A stretch of 63,220 bases of DNA, filler included, from 6 parts of 6 records of this genome joined end to end with filler, not necessarily neighbours in it, one strand, 5' to 3'. Counted from the first letter of the whole stretch, positions 1 to 10,148 are shown. Numbers and translations are program-made. The notes: generated from the letters alone by a model not told the origin.

Positions 1-1021
1 GGCAGGCGCCGGGTTTGATGCCAGCCTGTTTATTACCGTCGGGGATGCGCTGTTTGCTGGCATAACCACGGAGGCTGCACGCTTGGTAGACCCAGACGCC
101 TACGTCTCACCTGTGGATAACTACTACTTTGTGGCCTGCTCAGTGTTTGTGCTGGCAATTATTGGCACGTTAGTCATCGATAAGATCGTAGAGCCGAGGC
201 TGCAACGCACCCTACCGATGAGCAAAGACTTTAAAACTGACATCATAAAACCGGCATTAACCGACGCAGAAAAGCGCGGTCTAAAACGGGTAGGCGTTGC
301 CACACTGATTTACCTAGCGCTGATCTTAATTGCCGTGGTGCCCGAAGCATCGCCACTGCGCAATGAAGAGGGCGGTTTGATTCCGTCACCCTTTTTGCGC
401 TCACTCGTGCCACTGATGTTTGGCTACTTTGTCACTATTGGCTTGGTCTATGGCATCACCACCGGTAAGATCACCAGCAGCCGTGATGTACCACAACGCA
501 TGGCGGAGTCTGCCAGTGACTTAGCACCTACCCTAGTACTGTTCTTTGCAATTTCGCAGTTTATTGCTTATTTCCGCTGGTCAGAACTGGGGCAGTTTAT
601 TGCTATCGAAGGCTCCAACATTCTACAAAGCACCGGGTTTACCGGACTACCGCTAGTAGGCGCGTTTATTGCGATGAGCGCAGTACTGAATGTCTTTATG
701 ACCAGCGGCTCCGCTCAGTGGGCATTAATGGCTCCGGTATTCGTGCCGATGCTGATGATGATCGACTTCGATCCAGCCTTTGTGTTGGCAATGTTCCGCA
801 TAGGCGATTCCAGCACTAACATTATCTCCCCTATGAGCCCGTATTTTTCGGTAGCACTGGTGTATATGCAGCGTTATAAGCCAAATATGGGACTAGGCAC
901 GTTGATAGCCACCATGCTGCCGTTAGCCATAGGCTTTTTGCTCGCCTGGTCAACGTTTTTGATGTTCTGGCTGGCGATGGGCTGGCCAATTGGCCCAGGC
1001 GTGTACATGATGGCTAACTGA
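1..1021 (+). CDS. AbgT-family transporter (p-aminobenzoyl-glutamate transporter family), 5'-truncated at window edge
   Basis: Frame is open from base 2 (AGAGFDASLFIT...). Multi-TM protein with AbgT-type motifs SGSAQWALMAPVFVPM, FRIGDSSTNIISPMSPYF and C-terminal WPIGPG. Confidence 0.85.
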   Translation, partial: AGAGFDASLFITVGDALFAGITTEAARLVDPDAYVSPVDNYYFVACSVFVLAIIGTLVIDKIVEPRLQRTLPMSKDFKTDIIKPALTDAEKRGLKRVGVATLIYLALILIAVVPEASPLRNEEGGLIPSPFLRSLVPLMFGYFVTIGLVYGITTGKITSSRDVPQRMAESASDLAPTLVLFFAISQFIAYFRWSELGQFIAIEGSNILQSTGFTGLPLVGAFIAMSAVLNVFMTSGSAQWALMAPVFVPMLMMIDFDPAFVLAMFRIGDSSTNIISPMSPYFSVALVYMQRYKPNMGLGTLIATMLPLAIGFLLAWSTFLMFWLAMGWPIGPGVYMMAN

Positions 1022-1033
1022 TACGTCAGCACA

Positions 1034-1930
1034 TCACTGCATTGCCATCATTAACTTCCATAAATAGTCGGCAGCGGGCGAAAGTCTTCTGCCGACTCTA
1101 CGCACCAAATTGCCCTGGCTGCTAGCCGCCATAGGGTGATCAATAGGAACCGCCTTCAGCAAACCCGCATTTATTTCACTGCGTGCAGCAGCAGCCGTCA
1201 TAAACGACACGCCAATCCCGGCACAAGCCATCCGTCGAGACACCGAATGCAGGTTGCAACGATAGGCAGGCGTAGCCAACTGCCCGGCAGCACCAAATAG
1301 CGCATTGACGAACTGCTGAGAGCCCGAGACATCCGGTAAAAAAATCAACTTGTGCTGTAATAACTCTGTGATCGACACGCTCTCTTGGCGAGCAAGCCGG
1401 TGGGACGGTGCTACCAGCGCACACAACGGCCCTCGTTCAAAGGAGTGCACCACTAACCGTGGGTCTGAAATGGGGCCGTAGGTAATCGCGATATCCACCT
1501 CGTCGCTGGCCACCATCTCATGGGGTTCTCGGGGATAATAAATCCCTGTTTTAATCTCGATCAGCACATCGGGGTACTGCTCGGAAACACGGCGCATCAC
1601 ATGGTTGATAAAACTATCCACAAAGCCATCACCTACCGAGACGACCACTTTCCCCGACTGTAAATTTCGTAACCGGGACAACGTATCTCCCAGCTCTGAA
1701 TTCAACCGCCGCTGAGCAAGAAACCCTTCCACTACCAATTGGCCTGCCTCGGTCAACGTCACATGCCGCCCTTGACGCTCCAACAACGCCATGCCCAACT
1801 CCCGCTCCAACCCCCGTACTTGGCGGCTTACCACAGAGGGATTGATATGCAGATGCTCCGCCGCCGCACGAATGCCTCCGCAGCTGCTTACCTCAAATAA
1901 GTACAATGCACGTTTATCCAGTAGGGTCAT
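1034..1930 (-). CDS. LysR-family transcriptional regulator
   Basis: N-terminal HTH (GGIRAAAEHLHINPSVVSRQVRGLERELG...LTEAG), 298 aa. Confidence 0.9.
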   Translation of the reverse strand: MTLLDKRALYLFEVSSCGGIRAAAEHLHINPSVVSRQVRGLERELGMALLERQGRHVTLTEAGQLVVEGFLAQRRLNSELGDTLSRLRNLQSGKVVVSVGDGFVDSFINHVMRRVSEQYPDVLIEIKTGIYYPREPHEMVASDEVDIAITYGPISDPRLVVHSFERGPLCALVAPSHRLARQESVSITELLQHKLIFLPDVSGSQQFVNALFGAAGQLATPAYRCNLHSVSRRMACAGIGVSFMTAAAARSEINAGLLKAVPIDHPMAASSQGNLVRRVGRRLSPAADYLWKLMMAMQ

Positions 1931-2197
1931 GATGATCTCGTGTGAATAACTTCGCGCCGATGAGCTCGCACATCAGCTTTTTCAAACCAACAGCAACAAA
2001 ATGCCCCTACCTAAGGCAGCTTGCACCCAGGCTTTTTATGTTACATAAATACTTTAATTTTATAGTGACAGGCCACGTGTGCCTATCCAAATCAGAACAC
2101 GCGGCCTAACGTCAAAAAATCACCCAAACGCTCACATAAAGACATCCATACAAAAATGGAATGTAAATTATTCTGAATACGAGAGGAGTAGGTTGCG

Positions 2198-2644
2198 TTG
2201 CAAATCGCTGAGATAACACCCTCTGAAGTACCAATGGAGCTACTTCTTTTAGCGGACCCGTCCGAGGAGGCCATTAAAAGGTACCTATATCAATCAAGGT
2301 GCTTCGCAGCCTACGACAAAGGGGCAATCGTCGGAGCTTGTGTTATCAAGCCAATTTATGAGGGAGCACTGGAACTGATGAACATTGCCGTTTCACCATC
2401 GGTTCAACAGCATGGTGTTGGCACCCAACTGCTTAGATATGTTATCGAAAAAGTGAAGGAATCAGGTGCACAGCGCCTAGAGGTGGGAACGGGCACATTC
2501 GGCTATCAACTGACCTTCTACCAACGCCAGGGCTTTAGGGTTGATTACATTGATAAAGACTTTTTCTTGAAGAACTATCCTGAGCCTATCATTGAAAATG
2601 GAATTCAGCACAAAGATATGCTTCGGCTAAGTCTGACATTTTAG
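2198..2644 (+). CDS. GNAT N-acetyltransferase (YvbK-like)
   Basis: LLLLADPS start, acetyl-CoA motif QQHGVGTQLL, FYQRQGF; SD GAGGAG before a TTG start. Confidence 0.85.
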   Translation: MQIAEITPSEVPMELLLLADPSEEAIKRYLYQSRCFAAYDKGAIVGACVIKPIYEGALELMNIAVSPSVQQHGVGTQLLRYVIEKVKESGAQRLEVGTGTFGYQLTFYQRQGFRVDYIDKDFFLKNYPEPIIENGIQHKDMLRLSLTF

Positions 2645-2754
2645 CCCTCCTTATAAGATATCGGTTAATAACTTAGCATATTATTATTAGATGACTCTAT
2701 AAAAAAGCAGTCATTCTTAAACCACCGCCAACAAAGCATTTAGATTGATCGTTA

Positions 2755-3642
2755 TCAATCTAAATGCGCACGAATCCACTCAATAAAAGCGCGCAATTTA
2801 TAAACTTCAACCATATGCTCTGGGTACGCCATATAATAAGCATCTTGACTCTTAAGTGAGAACTGCCAAGGAATGACTAACTTCCCCTCATCAAGCTCTT
2901 CCTGAGCAAGAAACTTTGGCACTAGGGCAACACCGCAGCCCGCGCGGGCCGCTCTTAACGCCATATAGAACGTATCAAATCTTGGGCCATGGTAGCTGTG
3001 CTCCGTATAGAGATCTTGTGCTTCAAACCAGTCATGCCACCCTTCGGGCCGAGTAGAAACCTGTAACAACACCATGTCTGTTAAATCTAATGGGTCGCGA
3101 ACGGTTGTCTGCTCCATGGCGGCAGGCGAGCAGACAGGCACCACCTCTTCATCCAGCAACTTAATACATTCCGCCCGCGGCCATACGCCATGACCAAAAA
3201 AGAACGCCGCCTCTATGCGCTCTTTTTGCATATCAAATGGTTCGGTGCGGTTAGCAATATTGAGATTAATATTGGGATATTTAAAGCGGAACCCGTTGAG
3301 TCTGGGGATAAGCCACCGCGCCCCAAAGGTGGGCAATGTGGCGATATTCAGCACATCTGCCTCTACGCCGTAAGACTGCATATAACGCGTGGACATTTCG
3401 ACTTGGGCTAATATTTTACGCGCTTCGCCGAGATAGACCGCTCCCTCTGGCGTCAGGTGCAGACGCTTTCTCACCCGCCTGAATAACGGATGTTGCAGGG
3501 TAACTTCCAGTTGCGACACCTGCTTGCTCACCGCACTTTGCGTCAGGCTCAGCTCATCCGCAGCCCGCGTAAAACTGAGATGCCTTGCCGCGGCCTCAAA
3601 ACAGTTCAGGCTGGTCAAAGAAGGTAAGTTTCGACGACGCAT
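2755..3642 (-). CDS. LysR-family regulator (GcvA-like), divergent from and probably regulating the pipecolate operon
   Basis: LPSLTSLNCFEAAARHLSFTRAADELSLTQSAVSKQV HTH; WLIPRL motif. Confidence 0.9.
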   Translation of the reverse strand: MRRRNLPSLTSLNCFEAAARHLSFTRAADELSLTQSAVSKQVSQLEVTLQHPLFRRVRKRLHLTPEGAVYLGEARKILAQVEMSTRYMQSYGVEADVLNIATLPTFGARWLIPRLNGFRFKYPNINLNIANRTEPFDMQKERIEAAFFFGHGVWPRAECIKLLDEEVVPVCSPAAMEQTTVRDPLDLTDMVLLQVSTRPEGWHDWFEAQDLYTEHSYHGPRFDTFYMALRAARAGCGVALVPKFLAQEELDEGKLVIPWQFSLKSQDAYYMAYPEHMVEVYKLRAFIEWIRAHLD

Positions 3643-3766
3643 AGCACTCCCACTTGGTGAAATTAAGGAATGATGTTTTTCACAAACATCGTTTGATGAG
3701 CTGCCTCATGCTTGGCAATACTGCCCCTGTAACCAATTTACTCACAATTCAATATTTGGTGAAGCA

Positions 3767-5260
3767 ATGATTCATTCCCTGATGGAAAAAATGGGTGTCG
3801 CAAAAGAGCTGTATCAAGGCGGCGATCTAGTTGTTACCACACCGATTGATGGTAGCGAAATTGGCCGTCTTACAACGGCTTCTAGCGGCGACGTTGAAAC
3901 CGCTATCGCGAACGCAGAAAAAGCCTTTCAAGCTTGGAAAAGCGTGCCTGCCCCCCGTCGTGGTGAATTGGTTCGCCTGTTTGGTGATCAACTGCGCCAG
4001 CACAAGGAAGCACTTGGCGAGCTGGTTACCTGGGAGTGCGGCAAGATTCTCCAGGAAGGGCTTGGCGAAGTTCAGGAAATGATCGACATCTGTGACCTCG
4101 CCGTTGGTCAATCTCGCCAACTGTTTGGGCTGACCATCGCTTCCGAGCGCCCCGGTCACCATATGCGCGAAAGTTGGCACCCGTTAGGCCCGATTGGCCT
4201 GATTACGGCGTTTAACTTTCCCGTCGCCCCTTGGGCATGGAATTCAGCCTTAGCGCTGGTATGCGGCAATAGCTTGCTTTGGAAACCTTCCGAAAAAACA
4301 CCGTTAACAGCGCTGGCATGCCAAGCACTGTTAGAGCGTGCCATTGAAGAGTTCGGCGATGAGGCACCCAAGCACCTGAGCCAGGTGATAATTGGTGAGC
4401 GTGCCGCCGGTGAACAGTTGGTCAATGACGCTCGCGTTGCGCTGATCAGCGCTACCGGCAGCACCCGCATGGGTCGCGAAGTAGGCCCACAAGTGGCAGC
4501 GCGCTTCGGTCGCAGCATTCTTGAACTGGGTGGCAACAATGCCATGATCTTAGCGCCAAGCGCAGACCTTGATATGGCAACTCGCGCCATCCTGTTCTCT
4601 GCGGTGGGTACGGCTGGGCAACGCTGCACGACACTGCGTCGCTTAGTCGTTCATGAATCCATTAAAGACGAAATCTTAGCGCGTCTGAAGAAGTCGTATA
4701 GCGCGGTGTCCATCGGCAACCCGCTTGAAGGTAACTTGGTTGGCCCGCTAATTGACCATCAAGCCTTTGATGCGATGCAAAGCGTGCTGGCTAAGGCGCG
4801 TGAACAAGGTGCGAATGTGTTCGGTGGCAACCGTGTAGAGATCGCCAACAGCAACGAAGGCTACTACGTCGAGCCCGCCATTGTTGAAGTGACCGAGCAA
4901 AACGAGCTGGTCAAGCACGAAACTTTTGCGCCCATTCTCTATGTCCTCACCTACAAAGAGCTGGATGAGGCTATTGCTACCAATAATGACGTCCCCCAGG
5001 GGCTGTCATCGTGTATTTTCACCACCGATGTTCGCGAAGCCGAAACCTTCATCTCTGCGGTTGGTAGTGACTGCGGGATCGCCAACGTCAACATCGGCCC
5101 TAGCGGTGCTGAAATTGGCGGTGCGTTTGGGGGCGAGAAGGAAACCGGTGGCGGTCGCGAGTCTGGCTCCGACGTTTGGAAGAGCTATATGCGTCGCCAA
5201 ACTAACACCGTGAATTACTCTCGTGAACTCCCACTAGCTCAAGGCATTAAGTTCGACTAA
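3767..5260 (+). CDS. amaB: ALDH7-type aldehyde dehydrogenase (piperideine-6-carboxylate / aminoadipate-semialdehyde dehydrogenase)
   Basis: VPAPRRGE, GEVQEMIDICD, LELGGNNA, GTAGQRCT (catalytic Cys), SGAEIGGAFGGEKETGGGRESGSD, LPLAQGIKF end. Confidence 0.88.
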   Translation: MIHSLMEKMGVAKELYQGGDLVVTTPIDGSEIGRLTTASSGDVETAIANAEKAFQAWKSVPAPRRGELVRLFGDQLRQHKEALGELVTWECGKILQEGLGEVQEMIDICDLAVGQSRQLFGLTIASERPGHHMRESWHPLGPIGLITAFNFPVAPWAWNSALALVCGNSLLWKPSEKTPLTALACQALLERAIEEFGDEAPKHLSQVIIGERAAGEQLVNDARVALISATGSTRMGREVGPQVAARFGRSILELGGNNAMILAPSADLDMATRAILFSAVGTAGQRCTTLRRLVVHESIKDEILARLKKSYSAVSIGNPLEGNLVGPLIDHQAFDAMQSVLAKAREQGANVFGGNRVEIANSNEGYYVEPAIVEVTEQNELVKHETFAPILYVLTYKELDEAIATNNDVPQGLSSCIFTTDVREAETFISAVGSDCGIANVNIGPSGAEIGGAFGGEKETGGGRESGSDVWKSYMRRQTNTVNYSRELPLAQGIKFD

Positions 5261-5273
5261 CCCTTCCTCTCTA

Positions 5274-5299
5274 TAAGGGCCCTTCCCTGCAGGGCCCTT
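5274..5299 (+). terminator. Hairpin after amaB (terminator or stabiliser)
   Basis: TAAGGGCCCT...AGGGCCCTTA inverted repeat; no U-tract. Confidence 0.45.
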
Positions 5300-5329
5300 A
5301 CTAAAAACATAAAAAAATGAAGGTGATGT

Positions 5330-6787
5330 ATGCGTGACGATGTCCAAATCGGCCCGACGCCGGGCCTCGCGATGGCGCTATTACCGCTGCTGGCCACTAC
5401 TGCCATTCTAATTCTGCAATTTTTTATCTTCTCTGATTTTACCCCACATATTCCTTTAGCCTTCGGAATAATGATTTGCGCCCTGTGCGGACGCATCCGT
5501 GGCGTACCCTGGCAAAAAATGGAAGCCTCAATGCTTGAGGTGGTTAAGCTGGGAATGCCCGCTATTTTTATTCTATTAGCGGTCGGTATGGTGATTGGTA
5601 CCTGGATTCTTTCCGGCACCGTTCCCACGCTGATGTATTACGGTTTTCAGCTGGTTTCACCCTCTTACTTCCTTGTCGCTACCTGCGTCATTAGTGCTTT
5701 GGTATCTCTTGCCACAGGCACGTCCTGGGGCACAGTAGGAACCCTCGGGCTTGCCCTAATGGGCATCGGGGAAGGGCTGGGCATCCCCATGTATCTAACG
5801 GGCGGGGCACTGGTATCCGGGGCGTTCTTTGGCGATAAAATGTCGCCCTTATCAGAGACTACCAACCTAACCCCTGCCGTGTGTGAAACCGATTTATGGA
5901 GCCATATACGCAGCATGATGGCCACCACGGTGCCCGCCATGATCGTCGCGCTGATACTTTATTTATGGCTAGGCACTAGCTATGGCGGCCAGCTTGAACG
6001 AAGTACCGATATTGCAACGTTCCGTCAGGCACTTGATGACACCTTTACACTCTCCTGGGTAACGTTGATTCCGCCTTTTGTTGTGATCGGTTTAGCGCTT
6101 GCCAAATTCCCGCCTTTCCCGACTATTTTCACCGGCGCTGCGATAGGCGGCTTAGTGGCTATCGGCGTTCAGGGCGAGACCGTTCATGCCGTGTTTGATG
6201 CCATGCAAAATGGCTTTAGCAGCGATACTGGCAATCCGGCGATTGATGCTCTGCTCAGCAGTGGCGGCGTGCTCTCCATGACCTGGGTGGTAACGCTAAC
6301 GTTCTTCGCGCTGGGTTTTGCTGGCATGCTGGAAGCCTATGGCACCGTTGATGCGATTATTAAGCAGCTCATGCGGCTTATTAAAGGGCGCTTCAGCTTA
6401 GTAGCAACAAGCTCCGGCACCACGCTGGCGGTAAGCACTATTATTGGCGATGTGTATACAACGCTGGTGCTGCCCGGTCGCTTGCTGAAAGGCCAGTATC
6501 AAGCCATGGGCTATAAGACTTCGACGCTGTCACGCACCATTGAAGACAATGGCACGCTCTCCTCTCCGTTAATTCCCTGGAACATGGGCGGTGGGTTTGT
6601 GTCCTCGACGATTGGCGTACCCACGCTAGCATATGCGCCCTTTGCATTTGCTTGCTGGCTATCCCCTTTATTCGGCCTGCTGTGGGCGCTAACTGGCCGC
6701 TTTATTCCTCGTGAATCCCCCGAGAGCGCGGCTGAAAACTCGCCCCATACACCTCAAACCACCTACTCCTCCCAACCTACTTCATAG
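5330..6787 (+). CDS. NhaC-family Na+/H+ antiporter-like transporter (probable amino-acid/pipecolate uptake)
   Basis: GTSWGTVGTLG, SGAFFGDKMSPLSETTNL, LSRTIED, PLIPWN family motifs; about 12 TM segments. Confidence 0.85.
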   Translation: MRDDVQIGPTPGLAMALLPLLATTAILILQFFIFSDFTPHIPLAFGIMICALCGRIRGVPWQKMEASMLEVVKLGMPAIFILLAVGMVIGTWILSGTVPTLMYYGFQLVSPSYFLVATCVISALVSLATGTSWGTVGTLGLALMGIGEGLGIPMYLTGGALVSGAFFGDKMSPLSETTNLTPAVCETDLWSHIRSMMATTVPAMIVALILYLWLGTSYGGQLERSTDIATFRQALDDTFTLSWVTLIPPFVVIGLALAKFPPFPTIFTGAAIGGLVAIGVQGETVHAVFDAMQNGFSSDTGNPAIDALLSSGGVLSMTWVVTLTFFALGFAGMLEAYGTVDAIIKQLMRLIKGRFSLVATSSGTTLAVSTIIGDVYTTLVLPGRLLKGQYQAMGYKTSTLSRTIEDNGTLSSPLIPWNMGGGFVSSTIGVPTLAYAPFAFACWLSPLFGLLWALTGRFIPRESPESAAENSPHTPQTTYSSQPTS

Positions 6788-6842
6788 CCATACAAGGTCG
6801 GCCTATGGCCGACCTGCGCTTCTTTTCAGGAGGTACTATAAG

Positions 6843-8135
6843 ATGCAAACGACCCTCTCCGAGCGCTGCCTTTGGCTGCAAACGAGCGCGGAAGCCCCAG
6901 TACACTATCCTGCGTTAGCGAACCAGGAAGAGGCCGAGGTCTGTGTTGTTGGTGGCGGTATTACGGGTCTGTCCACCGCGTTACATTTGGCCGAAAAAGG
7001 CATCAAGGTAATTTTGCTGGAGGCGGGAGATATCCCCACGGGTGGTTCAGGGCGCAACGTTGGCCTGGTTAATGCTGGGCTTTGGATTCCACCCGATGAC
7101 ATCGTGGCCGCGCTAGGTGAAGAGAAAGGTGAGCGCGTTAATACTATTTTGGGCGGCGCCCCAGCAAAGGTATTCGACATTATTGAGCGCTATGCCATTG
7201 AGTGCGATGCAACGCGTACAGGCACCCTGCACCTTGGCCATAACACCAAAGGCTGCCAAGATCTCGCACGCCGCCGGGACCAGTTACAAAACCGTGGGGC
7301 GCCGGTGACGTTAATCGAAGGAGAGGCATGCGAGCGGATGACCGGAACCTCTCAGATACATACCGCGCTGCTTGATAAGCGCGCGGGCACTATCAACCCC
7401 TGCGCCTATACACGAGGGCTCGCCCGCGCTACTGCAAACCTAGGGGCCACTCTCTACTGCCAAAGCCCCGTAACAGGCATCGAGCGACAGGAAGACCGCT
7501 GGCGGGTGTTAACTCAAAATGGCAGCGTGACCGCGAGCAAAGTCGTCATGGCGACCAATGCGTATACCGAAGACGACTGGAACCAAGTTCGACAACACTT
7601 CTTTACCGGCCATTATTATCAACTGGCGTCAGAACCTCTAACTGGCGAAGCCGCCGATGCGATTCTTCCAGAGAAACAAGGCGCTTGGGACACTCGCACG
7701 GTACTTAGCAGCATTCGGCGGGACAAGGCAGGCCGCTTACTATTGGGCAGCCTGGGGAAAGGTGAAGGCAAACCGCAGGCTTACTTAACCCGTTGGGCCA
7801 ATACCATAAAAGATCATTACTTCCCTAGGCTCGGCAACGTTCGCTGGGAATACACCTGGACCGGCAAGGTCGCGTTCACACCGGATCACACCTTACGTAT
7901 TTTTGAACTGGCCCCGGGGATATTGTCAGCCACTGGCTATAACGGACGCGGCATCACTACCGGCACAGTGGTCGGGCAAGGTTTTGCTCATTACATTGCA
8001 AACGAGGATGACAGCCTGCTGCCGCTGCCGTTGTCACAGCCCAAACCCATCAAAGCCCGCCCGCTGTGGAGCTGCGCCTATGAGGGTGGTTTCTCGCTGT
8101 ATCATGCAGGTCAGTGTCTACGGGTGCTTATCTGA
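6843..8135 (+). CDS. amaA: FAD-dependent oxidoreductase, L-pipecolate oxidase-like (DAO family)
   Basis: VVGGGITGLS FAD motif, GGSGRNVGLVNAG, GYNGRGITTGT; start moved to ATG 6843 after AGGAGG; clustered with amaB. Confidence 0.75.
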   Translation: MQTTLSERCLWLQTSAEAPVHYPALANQEEAEVCVVGGGITGLSTALHLAEKGIKVILLEAGDIPTGGSGRNVGLVNAGLWIPPDDIVAALGEEKGERVNTILGGAPAKVFDIIERYAIECDATRTGTLHLGHNTKGCQDLARRRDQLQNRGAPVTLIEGEACERMTGTSQIHTALLDKRAGTINPCAYTRGLARATANLGATLYCQSPVTGIERQEDRWRVLTQNGSVTASKVVMATNAYTEDDWNQVRQHFFTGHYYQLASEPLTGEAADAILPEKQGAWDTRTVLSSIRRDKAGRLLLGSLGKGEGKPQAYLTRWANTIKDHYFPRLGNVRWEYTWTGKVAFTPDHTLRIFELAPGILSATGYNGRGITTGTVVGQGFAHYIANEDDSLLPLPLSQPKPIKARPLWSCAYEGGFSLYHAGQCLRVLI

Positions 8136-8157
8136 TAGGGACGTTACTACTTAACAA

Positions 8158-8188
8158 AACGGCAGCACATTCCTGTGCTGCCGTTCTT
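8158..8188. terminator. Bidirectional intrinsic terminator
   Basis: AACGGCAGCACA-TTCC-TGTGCTGCCGTT hairpin between convergent genes. Confidence 0.75.
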
Positions 8189-8201
8189 TATAAACGACTG
8201 A

Positions 8202-8297
8202 TTAGCTTTTCAAACTTGCCAGCACCTTCGCTTTAGAGGCATTTTCGCGCTCTGCATAGAGCGACAGCTCATCGGTCACCTGGGCACCCAGTGCCTC
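8202..8297 (-). CDS. 3' end of an unidentified gene, truncated by contig end
   Basis: Open frame EALGAQVTDELSLYAERENASKAKVLASLKS* ending at the terminator. Confidence 0.5.
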   Translation of the reverse strand, partial: EALGAQVTDELSLYAERENASKAKVLASLKS

Positions 8298-8397
8298 NNN
8301 NNNNNNNNNNNNNNNNNNNNNNNNNNNNNNNNNNNNNNNNNTTAATTAATTAANNNNNNNNNNNNNNNNNNNNNNNNNNNNNNNNNNNNNNNNNNNN
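8298..8397. other. Artificial contig spacer
   Basis: N-run + TTAATTAATTAA (stops in all frames) + N-run. Confidence 0.99.
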
Positions 8398-8438
8398 GAA
8401 GGCAGAGGTCAGAGGTTCGAATCCTCTATGGTCCGCCA
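8398..8438 (+). tRNA. 3' half of a tRNA, probably tRNA-Arg(CCG); 5' part lost at contig edge
   Basis: GAAGGCAGAGGTCAGAGGTTCGAATCCTCTATGGTCCGCCA: T-arm GGTTCGAATCC and CCA end. Isotype is from resemblance only, since the anticodon is cut. Confidence 0.8.
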
Positions 8439-8486
8439 TCTCTGTAAGTATCGCAATAAAATCAAATAATTGCGCTGTAAAATTGT

Positions 8487-8730
8487 TCATGATTTCATGA
8501 CTTGAACAATTTGTGTTCCCGTTTCGTCTGCTGTCAGCAGCGTCCGGGAGTTCACTTCTTTGGTGTACCCTTCGATGTCGGACAAGGATTCGTGGCCTGT
8601 CCAAGCGCCGATCTGATGGGTGGTTGCACCCTTCTCAGCCATCCGCACTTCGCATGTGGACCGCAGGCCGTGCGCCGTGCGCTGGTCATCATCTTTGAGC
8701 TTTGCTTCCCGGCAGGCGCGGTTAAGTGTC
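8487..8730 (-). pseudogene. C-terminal remnant of a tyrosine recombinase/integrase
   Basis: Hand translation LNRACREAKLKDDDQRTAHGLRSTCEVRMAEKGATTHQIGAWTGHESLSDIEGYTK: HxxR, GH and catalytic Y; in-frame stop just upstream, so the N-terminus is missing. Confidence 0.85.
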
Positions 8731-8827
8731 TGTCATCAGTGCTGTCAGTTTGGGCTCACTGCAGTCATCCGACTCTTTTCGTTAGGTTGCCAGACGGGTA
8801 GGGTGCAACAAAAGGGAGGAATAGACG

Positions 8828-9601
8828 ATGATGGAGCTTTTCAACGACAATGAACCTCCAAAAGTTAGGCGATCAATCATGCTGACGAGCACGGCCCTCG
8901 TTTTTAGCATCCACTACCAAGCCACTCTTAAAATTCCTGAAAACATCTTTTCGCTTGGAGGTCAGCGCGATACGATTGACGCTTCAACCTCGATCGGCAT
9001 TCTAACGGTTATTCTTCTTTTCCTTCTCGTGCGGCACGCGGTCAGCTATAAGGCGGCACGTGATCGCTACATAGCCGGACTAAATAATGAAACCGAGGTG
9101 TCTATTGAGGCCAAACACTACTCTGACCAGATTGATAAATTAGAAGCAACAGTTAAGGATGCAAGGGCTGCGGCAGGGCAGCTCAAGAGCTCGGAAGGGC
9201 AGTTTGATCGGGTCTTGGAGGCATTGGAACATATTCCCTCCATTGATGCTTCGTTAAATAAAATTATTGCCGAAGAGATTGAGGATGCTCCGCATGGCCA
9301 AGATAGCGCACCGGGAGCTAGCTCAAGAGTTCGAAAGCTAGCGGAGATTAAGAACCGTTTGTCAGAGGCCTCTGTTTCATTGCAGATTGCTGGGGGTGTG
9401 GACGATCTGTCAACCAAACTCAATGAATACTCAGACTTGAAAAATGTTCCTGCTTTAAAACACTACGCCAGTAAAAAGACCGTTGAAATGAGATCATTTG
9501 AACTCGATTATTATAATCAGTTTTATGGCGGAATTGCTTCGATATTGGCATTTTCAGGCACTGCGCTCTACTATTCGTTCCAATACTACTTTTTGACATA
9601 G
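8828..9601 (+). CDS. Hypothetical membrane protein (2 N-terminal TM, coiled-coil, C-terminal TM), island cargo
   Basis: 257-aa ORF with SD GGGAGG; hydrophobicity pattern; no family recognised. Confidence 0.7.
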   Translation: MMELFNDNEPPKVRRSIMLTSTALVFSIHYQATLKIPENIFSLGGQRDTIDASTSIGILTVILLFLLVRHAVSYKAARDRYIAGLNNETEVSIEAKHYSDQIDKLEATVKDARAAAGQLKSSEGQFDRVLEALEHIPSIDASLNKIIAEEIEDAPHGQDSAPGASSRVRKLAEIKNRLSEASVSLQIAGGVDDLSTKLNEYSDLKNVPALKHYASKKTVEMRSFELDYYNQFYGGIASILAFSGTALYYSFQYYFLT

Positions 9602-9679
9602 GTCAGAGTCGGCATAAGCTGTAACGACCTAAGGGAGCCTGATTAGTGAAGTTCACAACCGAGACAATTGGCCAATTAA

Positions 9680-9901
9680 TCACAACCCCAGCTTGCCACG
9701 AAGCATCTGATTGACGGATGCGCTCATGTTGCCCTCCTTCTTAAGAGCCTCGATTACATCGGGATCCAACATCAGGTTAACACGCTTTTTCTTTTGCCCT
9801 TCAGGCATGGGTGGGCGGCCACGGGTCGCGTTGGCGAAAAAGTTGTCATCTAAATCACGGACCTCGCCGTCGTCATCGATGTAAGGTTTGACCTTAGCCA
9901 T
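9680..9901 (-). CDS. brnA: BrnA antitoxin (ribbon-helix-helix)
   Basis: RGRPP...KKRVNLMLDPDVIEALK...VNQMLR; overlaps the brnT stop. Confidence 0.85.
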   Translation of the reverse strand: MAKVKPYIDDDGEVRDLDDNFFANATRGRPPMPEGQKKKRVNLMLDPDVIEALKKEGNMSASVNQMLRGKLGL

Positions 9902-10144
9902 ATTTTCGTACCTCTCTTGAATTGGCCTTGCGAAGGCTGGTCACCCGCAAGGCACCATTACGATAACACCAAGCCACAACACACAGGCGGTCTTTGATCT
10001 CTGCAAATCTGATAAACCGTGTTTCTGGGTAGGGTTGGCGAACATCTTCTAGGGTGATTGCTTTGTCCCAGTCGATCAAAGCAACATCTACGAAATCAAG
10101 GCCGCGCTCTTCCAGCGTTTCGCATTATCCCATTCGATGTTCAT
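9894..10144 (-). pseudogene. brnT: BrnT toxin, frameshifted near the 5' end
   Basis: ATG 10144 gives MNIEWDNAKR then leaves frame; LEERGLDFVDV...YPETRF...RVTSLRKANSRE continues in another frame. Confidence 0.8.
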
Positions 10145-10148
10145 AGGA

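Noticed and set aside
8350-8853. Track ORFs at 8350-8604, 8502-8801, 8513-8698 and 8620-8853
   Set aside because: They overlap the tRNA, the spacer or the integrase remnant in other frames.
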